Assembly (NCBI GenBank): GCA_963555995.3
Contig: OY821641.1
Location: 2,208,001 to 2,272,000, forward strand
Direction of reading: 5' to 3'
DNA from: Vicinamibacteria bacterium
GTDB taxonomy: Bacteria; Acidobacteriota; Vicinamibacteria; Marinacidobacterales; Marinacidobacteraceae
DNA length: 64,000 bases
The position numbers and the translations under genes are program-made. This document shows positions 17,837 to 26,977 of the stretch, in pieces. The notes under the pieces are model-generated. The model worked only from the letters and a program-made list of their open reading frames with translations. It was not told the origin of the DNA and searched no databases. Numbering within the stretch: position 1 is the stretch's first letter; each line of letters begins with the position of its first letter.

Positions 17837-19786
17837 ATGAACAGCCCGTTTCGCGTGACCCTGCCGGCGCTTCTCGCTGCCGGAGTCGCGATCGCCGCGT
17901 TCGGCCAGCCGCCCCCCGCGCAGCCCGCACCGGACCGGCAGGAAAGCCAGCAGGAGATCCAGGATCGGCTGGCCGACCGCGCGCACCGCATCGCCGCCGA
18001 GAGCGAAACCGCCGGTGAGAAGGCGCGCCGGGCCATCGCCGCCGCCGGCCGGCTGCCGCGGGACGAGGCGGCGGCCCCAAGTGGCCGGGAGGTCGGCCGG
18101 CTCGTTCGCCGCACCCTGGTGGACGAAGTGCTCGGGGCGCAGCAGGAAGCGCTCGGGATCCCCCACGCGCCGCCCTCTTCGGACGCCGCGTTCCTGCGCC
18201 GGGCGACGCTCGACGCCACCGGGCTCATCCCCTCCCCCGAAGCGGTGCGCGCCTTTCTCGCCGACGACTCGCCCGACAAGCGCGCCCGCCTCGTGGACGA
18301 GCTGGTGGGCAGCCAGGAGTTCGCCGAGCAGTGGGCCTGGTTCTTCGGCGACCTGTTCCGGCTCGCCCACCAGGTGGGTCCGGTCCGGAACCCGTTCCAG
18401 AGCTGGATCAAGGAGTGGCTGACGACCGACCGGCCCTACGACGAGGTGGTGCGCGACCTGCTCACCGGAGTCGCCAAGGCGCACGGCAGCGTCCCGTCGC
18501 TCGCTTTCCTGGCGCGCTCGCACCAGGCCAAGAGCCGGATCGTGATGAGCCCGGACGACTACTCCATCCATAACCGGCTGGACGCGATTGACCAGTTCAA
18601 CGTGGACGTTTCCCGGATCTTCCTGGGAATCAACACCTCCTGTATCTCCTGCCACGACGGGGCGGCGCACCTCGAACCGCTGAACGAGTGGCTCTCGAAG
18701 CGGACCCGCGAGGAGTTCTACCGGCACTCGGCGTTCCTCGGCAACGCCCGCCAGATCACCACCTGGGACGACCGGTCCAAGAACGTGGTGGTGGACCTGC
18801 TGGTGGACGACCTGGCGAAGGGCTACGACACCGGGAACGACGCGCCGTACCACACCCTGTCCGAGGGACGCTTCCCCCGTCTCGAGGGGCTGGTCTATGA
18901 GCCCGCCTTCCTGCTGACCGGAGAAACGCCCCGCCCCGGAGAGAACCCCCGGGACGAGCTGGCGCGGATGCTCACCGAGCACCCGCAGTTCGCCCGCGCC
19001 ACCGTGAACCTGGTCTGGGGCAAGCTGATGACGGTCGCCTTCGTGGAGCCCTACAACGCTTTCGATCTCGACCGCATGGGCCGGCTCGCGGCGGGCGAAG
19101 AGGACCCCCTGCCCTCGCGTCCCCTGAACCCGGAACTCCTGAAGGCCCTCGCCGAGGACTTCCAGCTAAGCGGCTACAGCTTCTGGCACCTGGTCAAGAC
19201 GATCATGAAGTCGGAGACCTACGGGCTCTCGCCTCATTTCGACGGGGACTGGGACGAGGCCTGGACCGAGTACTACCCGCGCCGCTACGTGCGGGTGCTG
19301 ACCGGGCCGGAACTGGTGGATTCGCTGGCGCGCGCGACCGACGTGCCCACCGAATTCGGGTTCGCCGGCACCACCGTCGAGCGGGTCAAGGAACTCACCA
19401 CCCCCTCGGATCTCGGGGGGCGGCGCGGGCGCGGCGAGGGCGCCGAGGTGGACGCCCTGATGCAGAGCTTCTTCCAGAGCAACCGCATGACCCCGGCGCC
19501 GGTCGGGAACCGCGGTTCCATCCTGCAGGCGCTCCTGATGATGCAGTCGGGAGTCGTGAACCGCCGCGTGTCGAGCGAGTCCGGGGGACGGGTCGCCGCG
19601 CTGCTCGCCTCGGACAAGGGCGAGGGTGACCTGGTCAACGAGCTGTTCCTGGGGACGCTCGGGCGCCTGCCCACGGCGGCCGAAGCGGAACTCGGCGCCG
19701 AACGGATCGCCGCGGACCGCCGGCAGGGCGCCCAGGACCTGCAGTGGGCGCTTCTCAACTCTCCCGAGTTCCTGCTGAACCACTGA
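17837..19786 (+). CDS. DUF1549/DUF1553 (PSCyt2/PSD1) c-type cytochrome-like protein
   Basis: DAAFLRRATLDATGLIP, DKRARLVDEL, DRPYDE, FLGINTSCISCHD (CxxCH), FARATVNLVW, DLQWALLNSPEFLLNH. Confidence 0.9.
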   Translation: MNSPFRVTLPALLAAGVAIAAFGQPPPAQPAPDRQESQQEIQDRLADRAHRIAAESETAGEKARRAIAAAGRLPRDEAAAPSGREVGRLVRRTLVDEVLGAQQEALGIPHAPPSSDAAFLRRATLDATGLIPSPEAVRAFLADDSPDKRARLVDELVGSQEFAEQWAWFFGDLFRLAHQVGPVRNPFQSWIKEWLTTDRPYDEVVRDLLTGVAKAHGSVPSLAFLARSHQAKSRIVMSPDDYSIHNRLDAIDQFNVDVSRIFLGINTSCISCHDGAAHLEPLNEWLSKRTREEFYRHSAFLGNARQITTWDDRSKNVVVDLLVDDLAKGYDTGNDAPYHTLSEGRFPRLEGLVYEPAFLLTGETPRPGENPRDELARMLTEHPQFARATVNLVWGKLMTVAFVEPYNAFDLDRMGRLAAGEEDPLPSRPLNPELLKALAEDFQLSGYSFWHLVKTIMKSETYGLSPHFDGDWDEAWTEYYPRRYVRVLTGPELVDSLARATDVPTEFGFAGTTVERVKELTTPSDLGGRRGRGEGAEVDALMQSFFQSNRMTPAPVGNRGSILQALLMMQSGVVNRRVSSESGGRVAALLASDKGEGDLVNELFLGTLGRLPTAAEAELGAERIAADRRQGAQDLQWALLNSPEFLLNH

Positions 19787-19796
19787 GGGGCCGAAC

Positions 19797-21209
19797 ATGT
19801 GCACCTGCGAACCCCGCGTCAGCGACCTCATCCCGGCCCGCCGGGAGATTCTCAAGATGGGGGGGCTGGCGCTCGCCGGGTCCTTCGTGAACCAGGTCGT
19901 CTGGCCGCTCCAGGCGCATGCGGCCGGCAAGGCGAACCCGCGGCGGACCGCCCGCTACTGCATCTTCATCGAGATGGGCGGGGCCATCAGCCCGATGGAC
20001 ACCTGGGACTTCAAAGAGACCCGCTGGACCCCGACGGATCTGGACATGGTCCAGTTGAGCGATGAGGTCTCGCTGTCCCGGACCCTCTTCCCGACGCTCG
20101 TGGACCGGGTGGACGAGGTCGCCTTTGTGCGCTCGATGCGGGCGCCGGAGCTGATCCACTTCAACGGGCAGTACCACACCCAGACCGGCCGGGTGCTGAA
20201 CGTGGCGCTCGCCCGCGAGGTCCCCGCCTTCGGCAGCGTCATCGCCGCCGAGCTCGACAGGGAGCGGCGCGAGACGGACAGCTTCCCCACCTACGTCAGC
20301 ACCTACCTCACGCGGGCCCGCGCCGGGTCCATCGGCGCCGGCTTCCTGCCGACCCGGTTCTCCGGTCTCGACCTCGATCCGACCACGGTGTTCGACTCCT
20401 TCGGAGGCAACGTGGAGGGCAGCCGCCGGGTGCTCGAGGAGCGCTTCCGCCTGCTGAACCGGCTGGCGGAGGTCTCCATCCCGGAACGCGCCTCGCTCGG
20501 GGACAAGGAGAACGACTACCGGGACTACTACCAGTCGGCCTACGGGCTCCTCACCGACGAACGCTGGCCGAAGCTCTTCGTCGCCAGCGACGCGGACAAG
20601 GCGCGCTACGGCGAGGACGAGTTCGGGCTGGGGTGCATCCTGGCGCGCAACCTGATCGAGGCCGACGCCGGCACCCGCTTCATCTACATCTACGACGGGG
20701 ACAAGTGGGACCACCACTCCGGCATCTTCGACCGTTCCCGCCAGTGGAACCACTACACGACCTGTCCGCGGCTGGACAAGGGATTCACCTCCCTGCTCAC
20801 CGATCTGGGCGCCCGCCCGGGCAGTGAACCCGGCACCACGCTGCTGGACGAAACCCTCATCGTGGTCACCAGCGAGTTCGGCCGCACGCCGGAGATGAAC
20901 CCGGTGGCCGGCCGGGACCACTACCGCTTCGCCTACACGAGCATGTTTGCGGGCGGCGGCGTCGAGGGCGGCCGGGTGGTCGGCAAGACCAACGAGGACG
21001 GATCGGAGGTCGTGGACCCCGGCTGGAAGCACGACGGACAGCCGTTCATGGACAACACGGTCGCCACCATCTACTCGGCGCTCGGCATTGATTGGAGGAA
21101 GGTGGTCCACAACACTCCGTCGGGCCGCGAGTACGTCTACGTGGACTCGGTCTCGCTCGGCGGGTCGGAGATGATGTTCGACGACGAGATCGCCGAGATC
21201 TTCGCCTGA
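19797..21209 (+). CDS. DUF1501 domain protein (Tat substrate)
   Basis: RREILKMGG twin-Arg, MGGAISPMDTWD, WDHH, LLDETLIVVTSEFGRTP, GRDHY. Confidence 0.92.
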   Translation: MCTCEPRVSDLIPARREILKMGGLALAGSFVNQVVWPLQAHAAGKANPRRTARYCIFIEMGGAISPMDTWDFKETRWTPTDLDMVQLSDEVSLSRTLFPTLVDRVDEVAFVRSMRAPELIHFNGQYHTQTGRVLNVALAREVPAFGSVIAAELDRERRETDSFPTYVSTYLTRARAGSIGAGFLPTRFSGLDLDPTTVFDSFGGNVEGSRRVLEERFRLLNRLAEVSIPERASLGDKENDYRDYYQSAYGLLTDERWPKLFVASDADKARYGEDEFGLGCILARNLIEADAGTRFIYIYDGDKWDHHSGIFDRSRQWNHYTTCPRLDKGFTSLLTDLGARPGSEPGTTLLDETLIVVTSEFGRTPEMNPVAGRDHYRFAYTSMFAGGGVEGGRVVGKTNEDGSEVVDPGWKHDGQPFMDNTVATIYSALGIDWRKVVHNTPSGREYVYVDSVSLGGSEMMFDDEIAEIFA

Positions 21210-21251
21210 GCCGGAATTCCTGATTCGCTCGGAAACCACTGACCGGTAGCG

Positions 21252-22130
21252 ATGGGCAAACCACGCTGCCCCGTGCTCCGGGGGCTTCTGGCTGCGGTAT
21301 GCGTCTTCCCGCCCGCTCCGGGGACCGCGGGCGACGATCCCCCCGAGCCGCACTGCAGCGACGACCGCGCCGAGAACATCTGCTGGGTGCCCCCCGGTGA
21401 TTTCTGGATGGGCCGGACCCGGCTCTGGCTGATTGACGAGATCCACTGGCAGACGCGCGACCGGGTGGACGCGCGGCCCGTCCACCGGGTGACGCTCCCC
21501 GGCTTCTGGATTGATCAGCAGGAAGTCACCCAGGAGGCATATCGGAAGTTCACCCGCTCCACCGGACGGCCGGAACCGTTCCACTGGCGTCAGGGTTTTC
21601 CCGAGGAGAAGGGTCAATTCCCGGTCTACAACGTCAACTGGAGCGACGCGAGTGACTACTGCGCGTTCCGGGGAAAACGGCTGCCGACGGAAGCCGAATG
21701 GGAGAAGGCCGCCCGGGGCGGGCTCGCGGGAGCGCCGTGGCCGTGGGGCGGCCAGTACCGGCCCGATCCGGAGGAAGGCGCCCCCGAGGGAACCCGGGTC
21801 CCGCCGCCGGCGCGGATCGCGCATCCCGGTTCGCCGACCGACGTGGCGTCCTTCCCGCCGAACGGCTACGGCCTCTACGACATGGTCGGGAACATCGCCG
21901 AGTGGGTGGCGGACGGCTACGACCTCGGCTACTACGCGGTGAGCCCGCTGGTGGAGCCGCGGGGGCCGAAGGACGCGCCCTACCGGATCTTCCGGGGCGG
22001 AAGCTGGGCGGACACCGACGAGCGGATCGCCAGCGTCTTCTACCGGAACTTCACGAGACCCGACACCAGGATTCACAGCATCGGGTTCCGGTGCGCCCTC
22101 GATCATCCACAGGAAGGGGATACCGAATGA
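21252..22130 (+). CDS. Formylglycine-generating-enzyme (SUMF1/FGE-sulfatase) fold protein, exported
   Basis: GDFWMG, PVHRV, FPVYNVNWSDA, RLPTEAEWEKAARGG, PNGYGLYDMVGNIAEW, RGGSW, GFRC. Confidence 0.9.
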   Translation: MGKPRCPVLRGLLAAVCVFPPAPGTAGDDPPEPHCSDDRAENICWVPPGDFWMGRTRLWLIDEIHWQTRDRVDARPVHRVTLPGFWIDQQEVTQEAYRKFTRSTGRPEPFHWRQGFPEEKGQFPVYNVNWSDASDYCAFRGKRLPTEAEWEKAARGGLAGAPWPWGGQYRPDPEEGAPEGTRVPPPARIAHPGSPTDVASFPPNGYGLYDMVGNIAEWVADGYDLGYYAVSPLVEPRGPKDAPYRIFRGGSWADTDERIASVFYRNFTRPDTRIHSIGFRCALDHPQEGDTE

Positions 22131-23149
22131 CCACGACTCCGAAGAACGGAATGGGACGGCGCGAGGCGCTCCGGCGGATTTCCGCCGGAACCGGCGGGGC
22201 GGCCCTCGGCGCCGCCGGCGGCGCGGCGTTCGGGGCCGGCGCAGCGGGCGCGGCGTGCGCCCCGGCGGGCTCCGACGCAGCTTCGGACCCGGGCCACCAG
22301 TTCCGCTCGCTGCTCGCCGGCGGCGATCCGGTGATCTGCCCCGGAGCCTTCGACGTGATCTCGGCGCGGCTCATCGTGGACATGGGGTTCCAGACCCTTC
22401 TCCTCGGCGGCAGCGCCGGTTCGGCGGCGAACCTCGGCGTCCCCGACTACGGACTCGCCTCGATCACCGAGCTGATCGAGATGGCCGCGCGGATCGCCGA
22501 CAGCGTCCCGGTTCCCGTCTTCGCCGACGCCGACGACGGGGGCGGCAGCCCGCTCGCGGTGGCCCGGGCCATCCGCGGTTACGAACGCGCTGGCCTTGCG
22601 GCGGTGATGATCGAGGACCACGTGCAGGCGAAGCACCTCGGCGAAGGAGGCGTGCTGGTCGAGACCGGGACCATGCAGGACAAGCTCCGGGCCGCGGTGG
22701 ACGCGCGGAAGGGCGGCATGATGATCGTCGCCCGCTGCGACGCCGTTTCCATCGGGCAGAGCGATGCGGAAGCGACGGAGCGGGGCGCCGCTTACGTCGA
22801 GGCCGGCGCCGACCTCCTCTTCTTCGCGGGGCTGCCTCCGGAGAGCATGGGGGCGGTCTCGGAGGCGTGCGGCCGACCGGTGATCGCGAGCGTCCACGAC
22901 ACCCCGATGGCGACGCTTCGGGAGAACAACGTGCCGCTCGTCCTCTACGCCGGACAGATGCTCCGGCTCGCCCTCGGCGCCATGCGCCAGGGGCTCCAGG
23001 ACATCCACGACGGCGCCACCTGGCCCGGATACGCGGGCCGCGCGCTGCCGGGGGACATCTATCAGAACCTGATCGAGTCGCCCCGGTGGCGCGAGGACGC
23101 CCGCCGCTACAACCTCGTGGACGAGAACGGCCGCCAAGTCAAAGGATAG
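22127..23149 (+). CDS. Isocitrate lyase / PEP-mutase family protein with Tat signal
   Basis: ATGA overlap; GRREALRR; PGAFDVISAR, GVPDYG, VFADADDGGG, MIEDH, IVARCDA, YVEAGAD. Confidence 0.88.
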   Translation: MTTTPKNGMGRREALRRISAGTGGAALGAAGGAAFGAGAAGAACAPAGSDAASDPGHQFRSLLAGGDPVICPGAFDVISARLIVDMGFQTLLLGGSAGSAANLGVPDYGLASITELIEMAARIADSVPVPVFADADDGGGSPLAVARAIRGYERAGLAAVMIEDHVQAKHLGEGGVLVETGTMQDKLRAAVDARKGGMMIVARCDAVSIGQSDAEATERGAAYVEAGADLLFFAGLPPESMGAVSEACGRPVIASVHDTPMATLRENNVPLVLYAGQMLRLALGAMRQGLQDIHDGATWPGYAGRALPGDIYQNLIESPRWREDARRYNLVDENGRQVKG

Positions 23150-23155
23150 GGAACG

Positions 23156-23183
23156 CTTGGAACGCCGGTCTCCAGACCGGCAC
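23156..23183. repeat. REP-like hairpin
   Basis: CTTGGAAC-GCCGGTCT-cc-AGACCGGC-AC. Confidence 0.8.
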
Positions 23184-23277
23184 CGCGGCGCTCCGCGCCG
23201 CGCAAGGCCCACTACGCTTCGCCGTGCGTGATCCGCACAGTCAAGACCAACGACTCGGATAGACGCACCGCTCTCCC

Positions 23278-23865
23278 GTGACCAACCTCCGCAAGCCACA
23301 CCTCACCCCTCGCAGCCAGCACGCTTGGCGCCGCTGGCTCGAGACCAACCACGCCGCCGTCCCCGAGGTCTCGGTCATCTTCTACAAGAAACACGCCCAG
23401 CGTCCCGGCCGTCCCACCCTCACCTACGAACAGGCGGTCGAGCAGGCGATCTGCTTCGGCTGGATTGACGGGCTCAAACGGCGGATCGACGACGAGCGCT
23501 ACGCACACCGCTTCACCCCCCGGAAACCGGACAGCCGGTGGTCCGAGAGCAATCGGGCCCGGCTCGCCAGGATGCGATCCCTGGATCGCATGACGCCAGC
23601 CGGTGAGGCGACCGTCGCCGCTTCCATCCGGTCGGGAGCGTGGGAGAAACCCGCCCGCGCGTCCGCCGTCGCAGCCCCACCCGAGTTTCTCGCGGCGCTT
23701 GATCGCGACGTCACGGCCCGCGCCGGATACGAAGCCCTCAGCCCGTCGGACCGGCGCCGTTACGAGGTCTGGATCGGGATGGCGAAGCGGGAGGAGACGC
23801 GCCAGCGACGTCTGGCGGAGAGCCTCGATCTGCTCCGCCGCGGCCGCAAACTCGGAATGCGCTGA
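23278..23865 (+). CDS. YdeI/OmpD-associated family protein
   Basis: WRRWLETNH, YEQAVEQAICFGWIDG, FTPRKPDSRWS, AKREETRQRR. Confidence 0.9.
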   Translation: MTNLRKPHLTPRSQHAWRRWLETNHAAVPEVSVIFYKKHAQRPGRPTLTYEQAVEQAICFGWIDGLKRRIDDERYAHRFTPRKPDSRWSESNRARLARMRSLDRMTPAGEATVAASIRSGAWEKPARASAVAAPPEFLAALDRDVTARAGYEALSPSDRRRYEVWIGMAKREETRQRRLAESLDLLRRGRKLGMR

Positions 23866-23934
23866 ATCGGACAGCCCGTCCGGCGAACACCCCACCCCGT
23901 CCGAGCGTCGTGCCGTCCACTCCGATCTCCATTG

Positions 23935-23985
23935 TTATCTCTGAATAAACGATAAATGGTTATAACGACTAAAATATAGATTATT
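23935..23985 (+). promoter_or_regulatory. AT-rich promoter/operator of the hipBA-like operon
   Basis: Marked AT island containing the inverted repeat TTATC-N11-GATAA (23935-23955). Confidence 0.55.
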
Positions 23986-24306
23986 ATGGGATCCAAACCC
24001 CTCCCTCCATCGGTGCAGCGCGCCCTCCGGGAGTTGGGCCGAGACCTCCGGATCGCGCGAAAGAAGCGGCGGATGCCGATGAACGACTTCGCCGAGCGGA
24101 TGGGTGTTTCGCTCGGGACCCTGGCCCGGCTGGAGCGGGGGGAACCCGGCGTGTCCATCGGCGCATTCGCAATGGCGCTCCTCGCCCTCGGCGAGCTGCG
24201 ACGGCTGGCCGAAGTGCTCGACGTCTCGAAGGACGACACCGGACTCCTGCTTGACCTCTCCAGCCTTCCCCGGAGAATCCGCCGCCCGGCGTCGGCTTCG
24301 GGGTAA
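23986..24306 (+). CDS. XRE HTH antitoxin (HipB-like)
   Basis: LRIARKKRR..AERMGVSLGTLARLERGEPGVS; lies directly upstream of a HipA gene. Confidence 0.88.
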   Translation: MGSKPLPPSVQRALRELGRDLRIARKKRRMPMNDFAERMGVSLGTLARLERGEPGVSIGAFAMALLALGELRRLAEVLDVSKDDTGLLLDLSSLPRRIRRPASASG

Positions 24307-24313
24307 CCGGACG

Positions 24314-25579
24314 ATGCCGAAAACCAGCCGCCGCGTCCGCGTAGCGCTCGGCGAGGAACTCCGCGCGGTGGGAGAGCTCGCCTTCGAGTCCGACGGCAGG
24401 CGCGAGACGAGCATGTTCCGCTACGCAGCCGAATGGCTGGCGGATCCGCGGGGGTTCGCCATCGCGCCGGGACTGCCGCGCTCCGAAGCGCCCTACTTCG
24501 CTTCCGGATCGTCTCTGGACCGCCGTTCGGCGCTGCCCGGCGCCTTCGGGGATGGAGCGCCGGACGCTTGGGGACGCGGCTTGATCCGGCGGGCGCTGTC
24601 AGGCCCACTCGGCGAACTCGACTACCTCCTCGCGGTGGACGACCCGACTCGGCAGGGCGCCCTCCGTTACCTCGATTCCGACGGAACGCCCCTCGCCAAG
24701 TCCGGCCCGCCCGCCGCCGGCGCGGGAGCCCTCGGAAGACTGAGGCGTTTGGTCCGGTTGATCGGGACCGGTCAGGAGGTTCTCCTTCCGGACCGCGAGC
24801 GGCTCCTGCGGAGCGCCAGCTCGCTGGGCGGGGCGCGGCCCAAGGCGACCCTCCTCGATGACGAGGGCGACCTGGTGGTCGCCAAGTTCACCGGGGAGAA
24901 CGACTCCCGCCCGATCGAGCGCGTCGAGGTGGCCACCCTGCAGCTCGCCCGGTCCGCGGGACTGGCCGCCGCCGAGGCGCGGCTCGTCCTCGGGAACACC
25001 GCGAGCCCCGTCGCCCTCATCAAGCGCTTCGATCGGGCCGGCGCCGGCCGCATCCACTATCTCTCGGCGCAATCGTTTCTCGGCGCGGAACACGGTGCGA
25101 CCGCCTTCTACACGGACATTGCCGACGCCCTCCGCGCTCACGCCGAGAGTCCGCGGGAACAGCTCCACGAGCTGTACCGCCGGATCCTGTTCACGATCCT
25201 GGTCTCGAACAACGACGACCATCTCAAGAACCACGGACTCCTGCATGCCGGCTCTGGCCGATGGGTCCTTTCGCCCGCCTTCGACATCAATCCGGAACCG
25301 CACCGCGACCGCCGCCTCAAGACCGGCATCAGCGAACTGAGCGGCAACGAGGCATCGGTCGCTGCGGCGCTCGAAGCCGCTCCCTTTTTCGAACTGAAGC
25401 CGGACGACGCGGCGGCCACGGCTGCCCGCATGGCTTCCACGATCCGGAACGAATGGAGAGGACGTCTCGCCGCAAGCGGACTGACGGTCGCCGAGATCGG
25501 CGCCTACCGGCCTGCCTTCGAACACGGGGAGAACCGCCTGGCGCTGCGTCTCGGCCGCAAGGAGCCCAGCGCGGGCTGA
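24314..25579 (+). CDS. hipA: HipA-family kinase toxin
   Basis: DGAPDAWGR, SLGGARPK, AKF, KRFDR, NNDDHLKNH, LSPAFDINP. Confidence 0.92.
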   Translation: MPKTSRRVRVALGEELRAVGELAFESDGRRETSMFRYAAEWLADPRGFAIAPGLPRSEAPYFASGSSLDRRSALPGAFGDGAPDAWGRGLIRRALSGPLGELDYLLAVDDPTRQGALRYLDSDGTPLAKSGPPAAGAGALGRLRRLVRLIGTGQEVLLPDRERLLRSASSLGGARPKATLLDDEGDLVVAKFTGENDSRPIERVEVATLQLARSAGLAAAEARLVLGNTASPVALIKRFDRAGAGRIHYLSAQSFLGAEHGATAFYTDIADALRAHAESPREQLHELYRRILFTILVSNNDDHLKNHGLLHAGSGRWVLSPAFDINPEPHRDRRLKTGISELSGNEASVAAALEAAPFFELKPDDAAATAARMASTIRNEWRGRLAASGLTVAEIGAYRPAFEHGENRLALRLGRKEPSAG

Positions 25580-25591
25580 TTGGGCGTCTCC

Positions 25592-26869
25592 ATGTTGACC
25601 CGACACCGGCTACCGCAAGTCCTCCACGGCGGCCGGTTCGGGTTCTGGGTTCGGGTCTTCGTTCCGTTCGCCTTCGGGTACTTCGTCTCGTGGCTGCTTC
25701 GCTCGGTCACCGCGATCATCGCTCCGGACCTGGTCCGGGACCTCGGGCTGTCCGCACTCGGGGTGGGCGTGCTGGGAAGCACCTACCTGCTCGCCTTCGC
25801 CTTGTCCCAGTTGCCGATCGGCGGCGCGCTGGACCACCTCGGACCGCGGCGAACCAATGGAACGCTGTTGGTGGTCTCCGCCGTGGGTTGCCTCCTGTTC
25901 GGGGTCGCGGATTCGTTGCCGGTCCTGCTGGTGGGGCGGTTCCTCGCCGGTCTGGGAGTGGCGGCCTGCCTGATGGCGTCGTTCAAGGCGTTCGTGCTCT
26001 GGGCGCCGCCGGCCCGGCTCCCGTTCCTGAACGGTTTCCTGATGGCGGTCGGATCCACCGGGGCGCTGGCGGCCACCACTCCAACCGAATGGATGCTCGG
26101 TCTGGTGAGCTGGCGCGAACTGTTCGTCCTGCTCGCGGTCGCGCTACTGGCGAGCGCCGTGGTCCTGTTCGTTCTGGTCCCTCGAGACCCGCGAGCGGCC
26201 GATGGGGCCGGGTCTTCCGGCCTCCTCGCGGCCACTGCTGGCGTGCGCGAGGTCCTGCGGCGGCGGGTTTTCTGGAGCGTCGCCCCGTTGGGGGTGGTCC
26301 ACCAGGGCGCCTTCCTGGGGATTCAGAGCCTCTGGGCGGGCCCGTGGCTGGCGGAGGTCGCAGCGCTGGACCGGGACGCGGTCGCTGCCCACCTGCTGGT
26401 ACTCGCGGTCGCCATGGTGCTCGGTTTCCTGGTCAGCGGGGCGCTCGCGGGCGCGCTCGCGCGGCGGGGGATCTCCTCGCTCTCGCTCCTGGGGGGCGTC
26501 AACCTGGGGCTCACGGCGACGCTCCTCGTGCTGGCCTCCGGCTTCACCGGGGCGCCGGCCGTCGTGTGGGCCGCCTTCGGGTTCTTTGGAGCGTCCGGGA
26601 TGCTGTGCTTTGCGATCCTGGTCGCCCACTACCCGGCCGGGCTCGCAGGAAGGGTGACCTCGGCGCTGAACCTGCTCATCTTCGCGGCGGCGTTCTCCGT
26701 GCAGACGGGCTTCGGCGCCGTGATTGACCGCTTTCGCGGTGACGGCCCCGAGGCGCCCTTCGCCGGCGCCGGGTTCGCGGTGGCGTTTCTGCTCCTCGCC
26801 GCCTTCCAGGGGTTCTCGCTGGTCTGGCTGCGGCTCACCCGGTCCTGGCGGGACCCCGGGTCAGCCTGA
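25592..26869 (+). CDS. MFS transporter
   Basis: About 12 TM segments; motif A GGALDHLGPRR; GRFLAGLG. Confidence 0.88.
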   Translation: MLTRHRLPQVLHGGRFGFWVRVFVPFAFGYFVSWLLRSVTAIIAPDLVRDLGLSALGVGVLGSTYLLAFALSQLPIGGALDHLGPRRTNGTLLVVSAVGCLLFGVADSLPVLLVGRFLAGLGVAACLMASFKAFVLWAPPARLPFLNGFLMAVGSTGALAATTPTEWMLGLVSWRELFVLLAVALLASAVVLFVLVPRDPRAADGAGSSGLLAATAGVREVLRRRVFWSVAPLGVVHQGAFLGIQSLWAGPWLAEVAALDRDAVAAHLLVLAVAMVLGFLVSGALAGALARRGISSLSLLGGVNLGLTATLLVLASGFTGAPAVVWAAFGFFGASGMLCFAILVAHYPAGLAGRVTSALNLLIFAAAFSVQTGFGAVIDRFRGDGPEAPFAGAGFAVAFLLLAAFQGFSLVWLRLTRSWRDPGSA

Positions 26870-26922
26870 GCGATTGCCGAAACCGGGGGTGTCCCGGCTT
26901 GGAGCGGGTTACGGCGGGCGCC

Positions 26923-26968
26923 GCGCGGAGCACCGCGCGTGCCGGTCTGGAGACCGGCGTTCCAAGCC
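26923..26968. repeat. REP-like hairpin with conserved flank
   Basis: Matches 5941-5986 with one mismatch; lies between convergent genes. Confidence 0.8.
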
Positions 26969-26977
26969 GTCGCGTCC

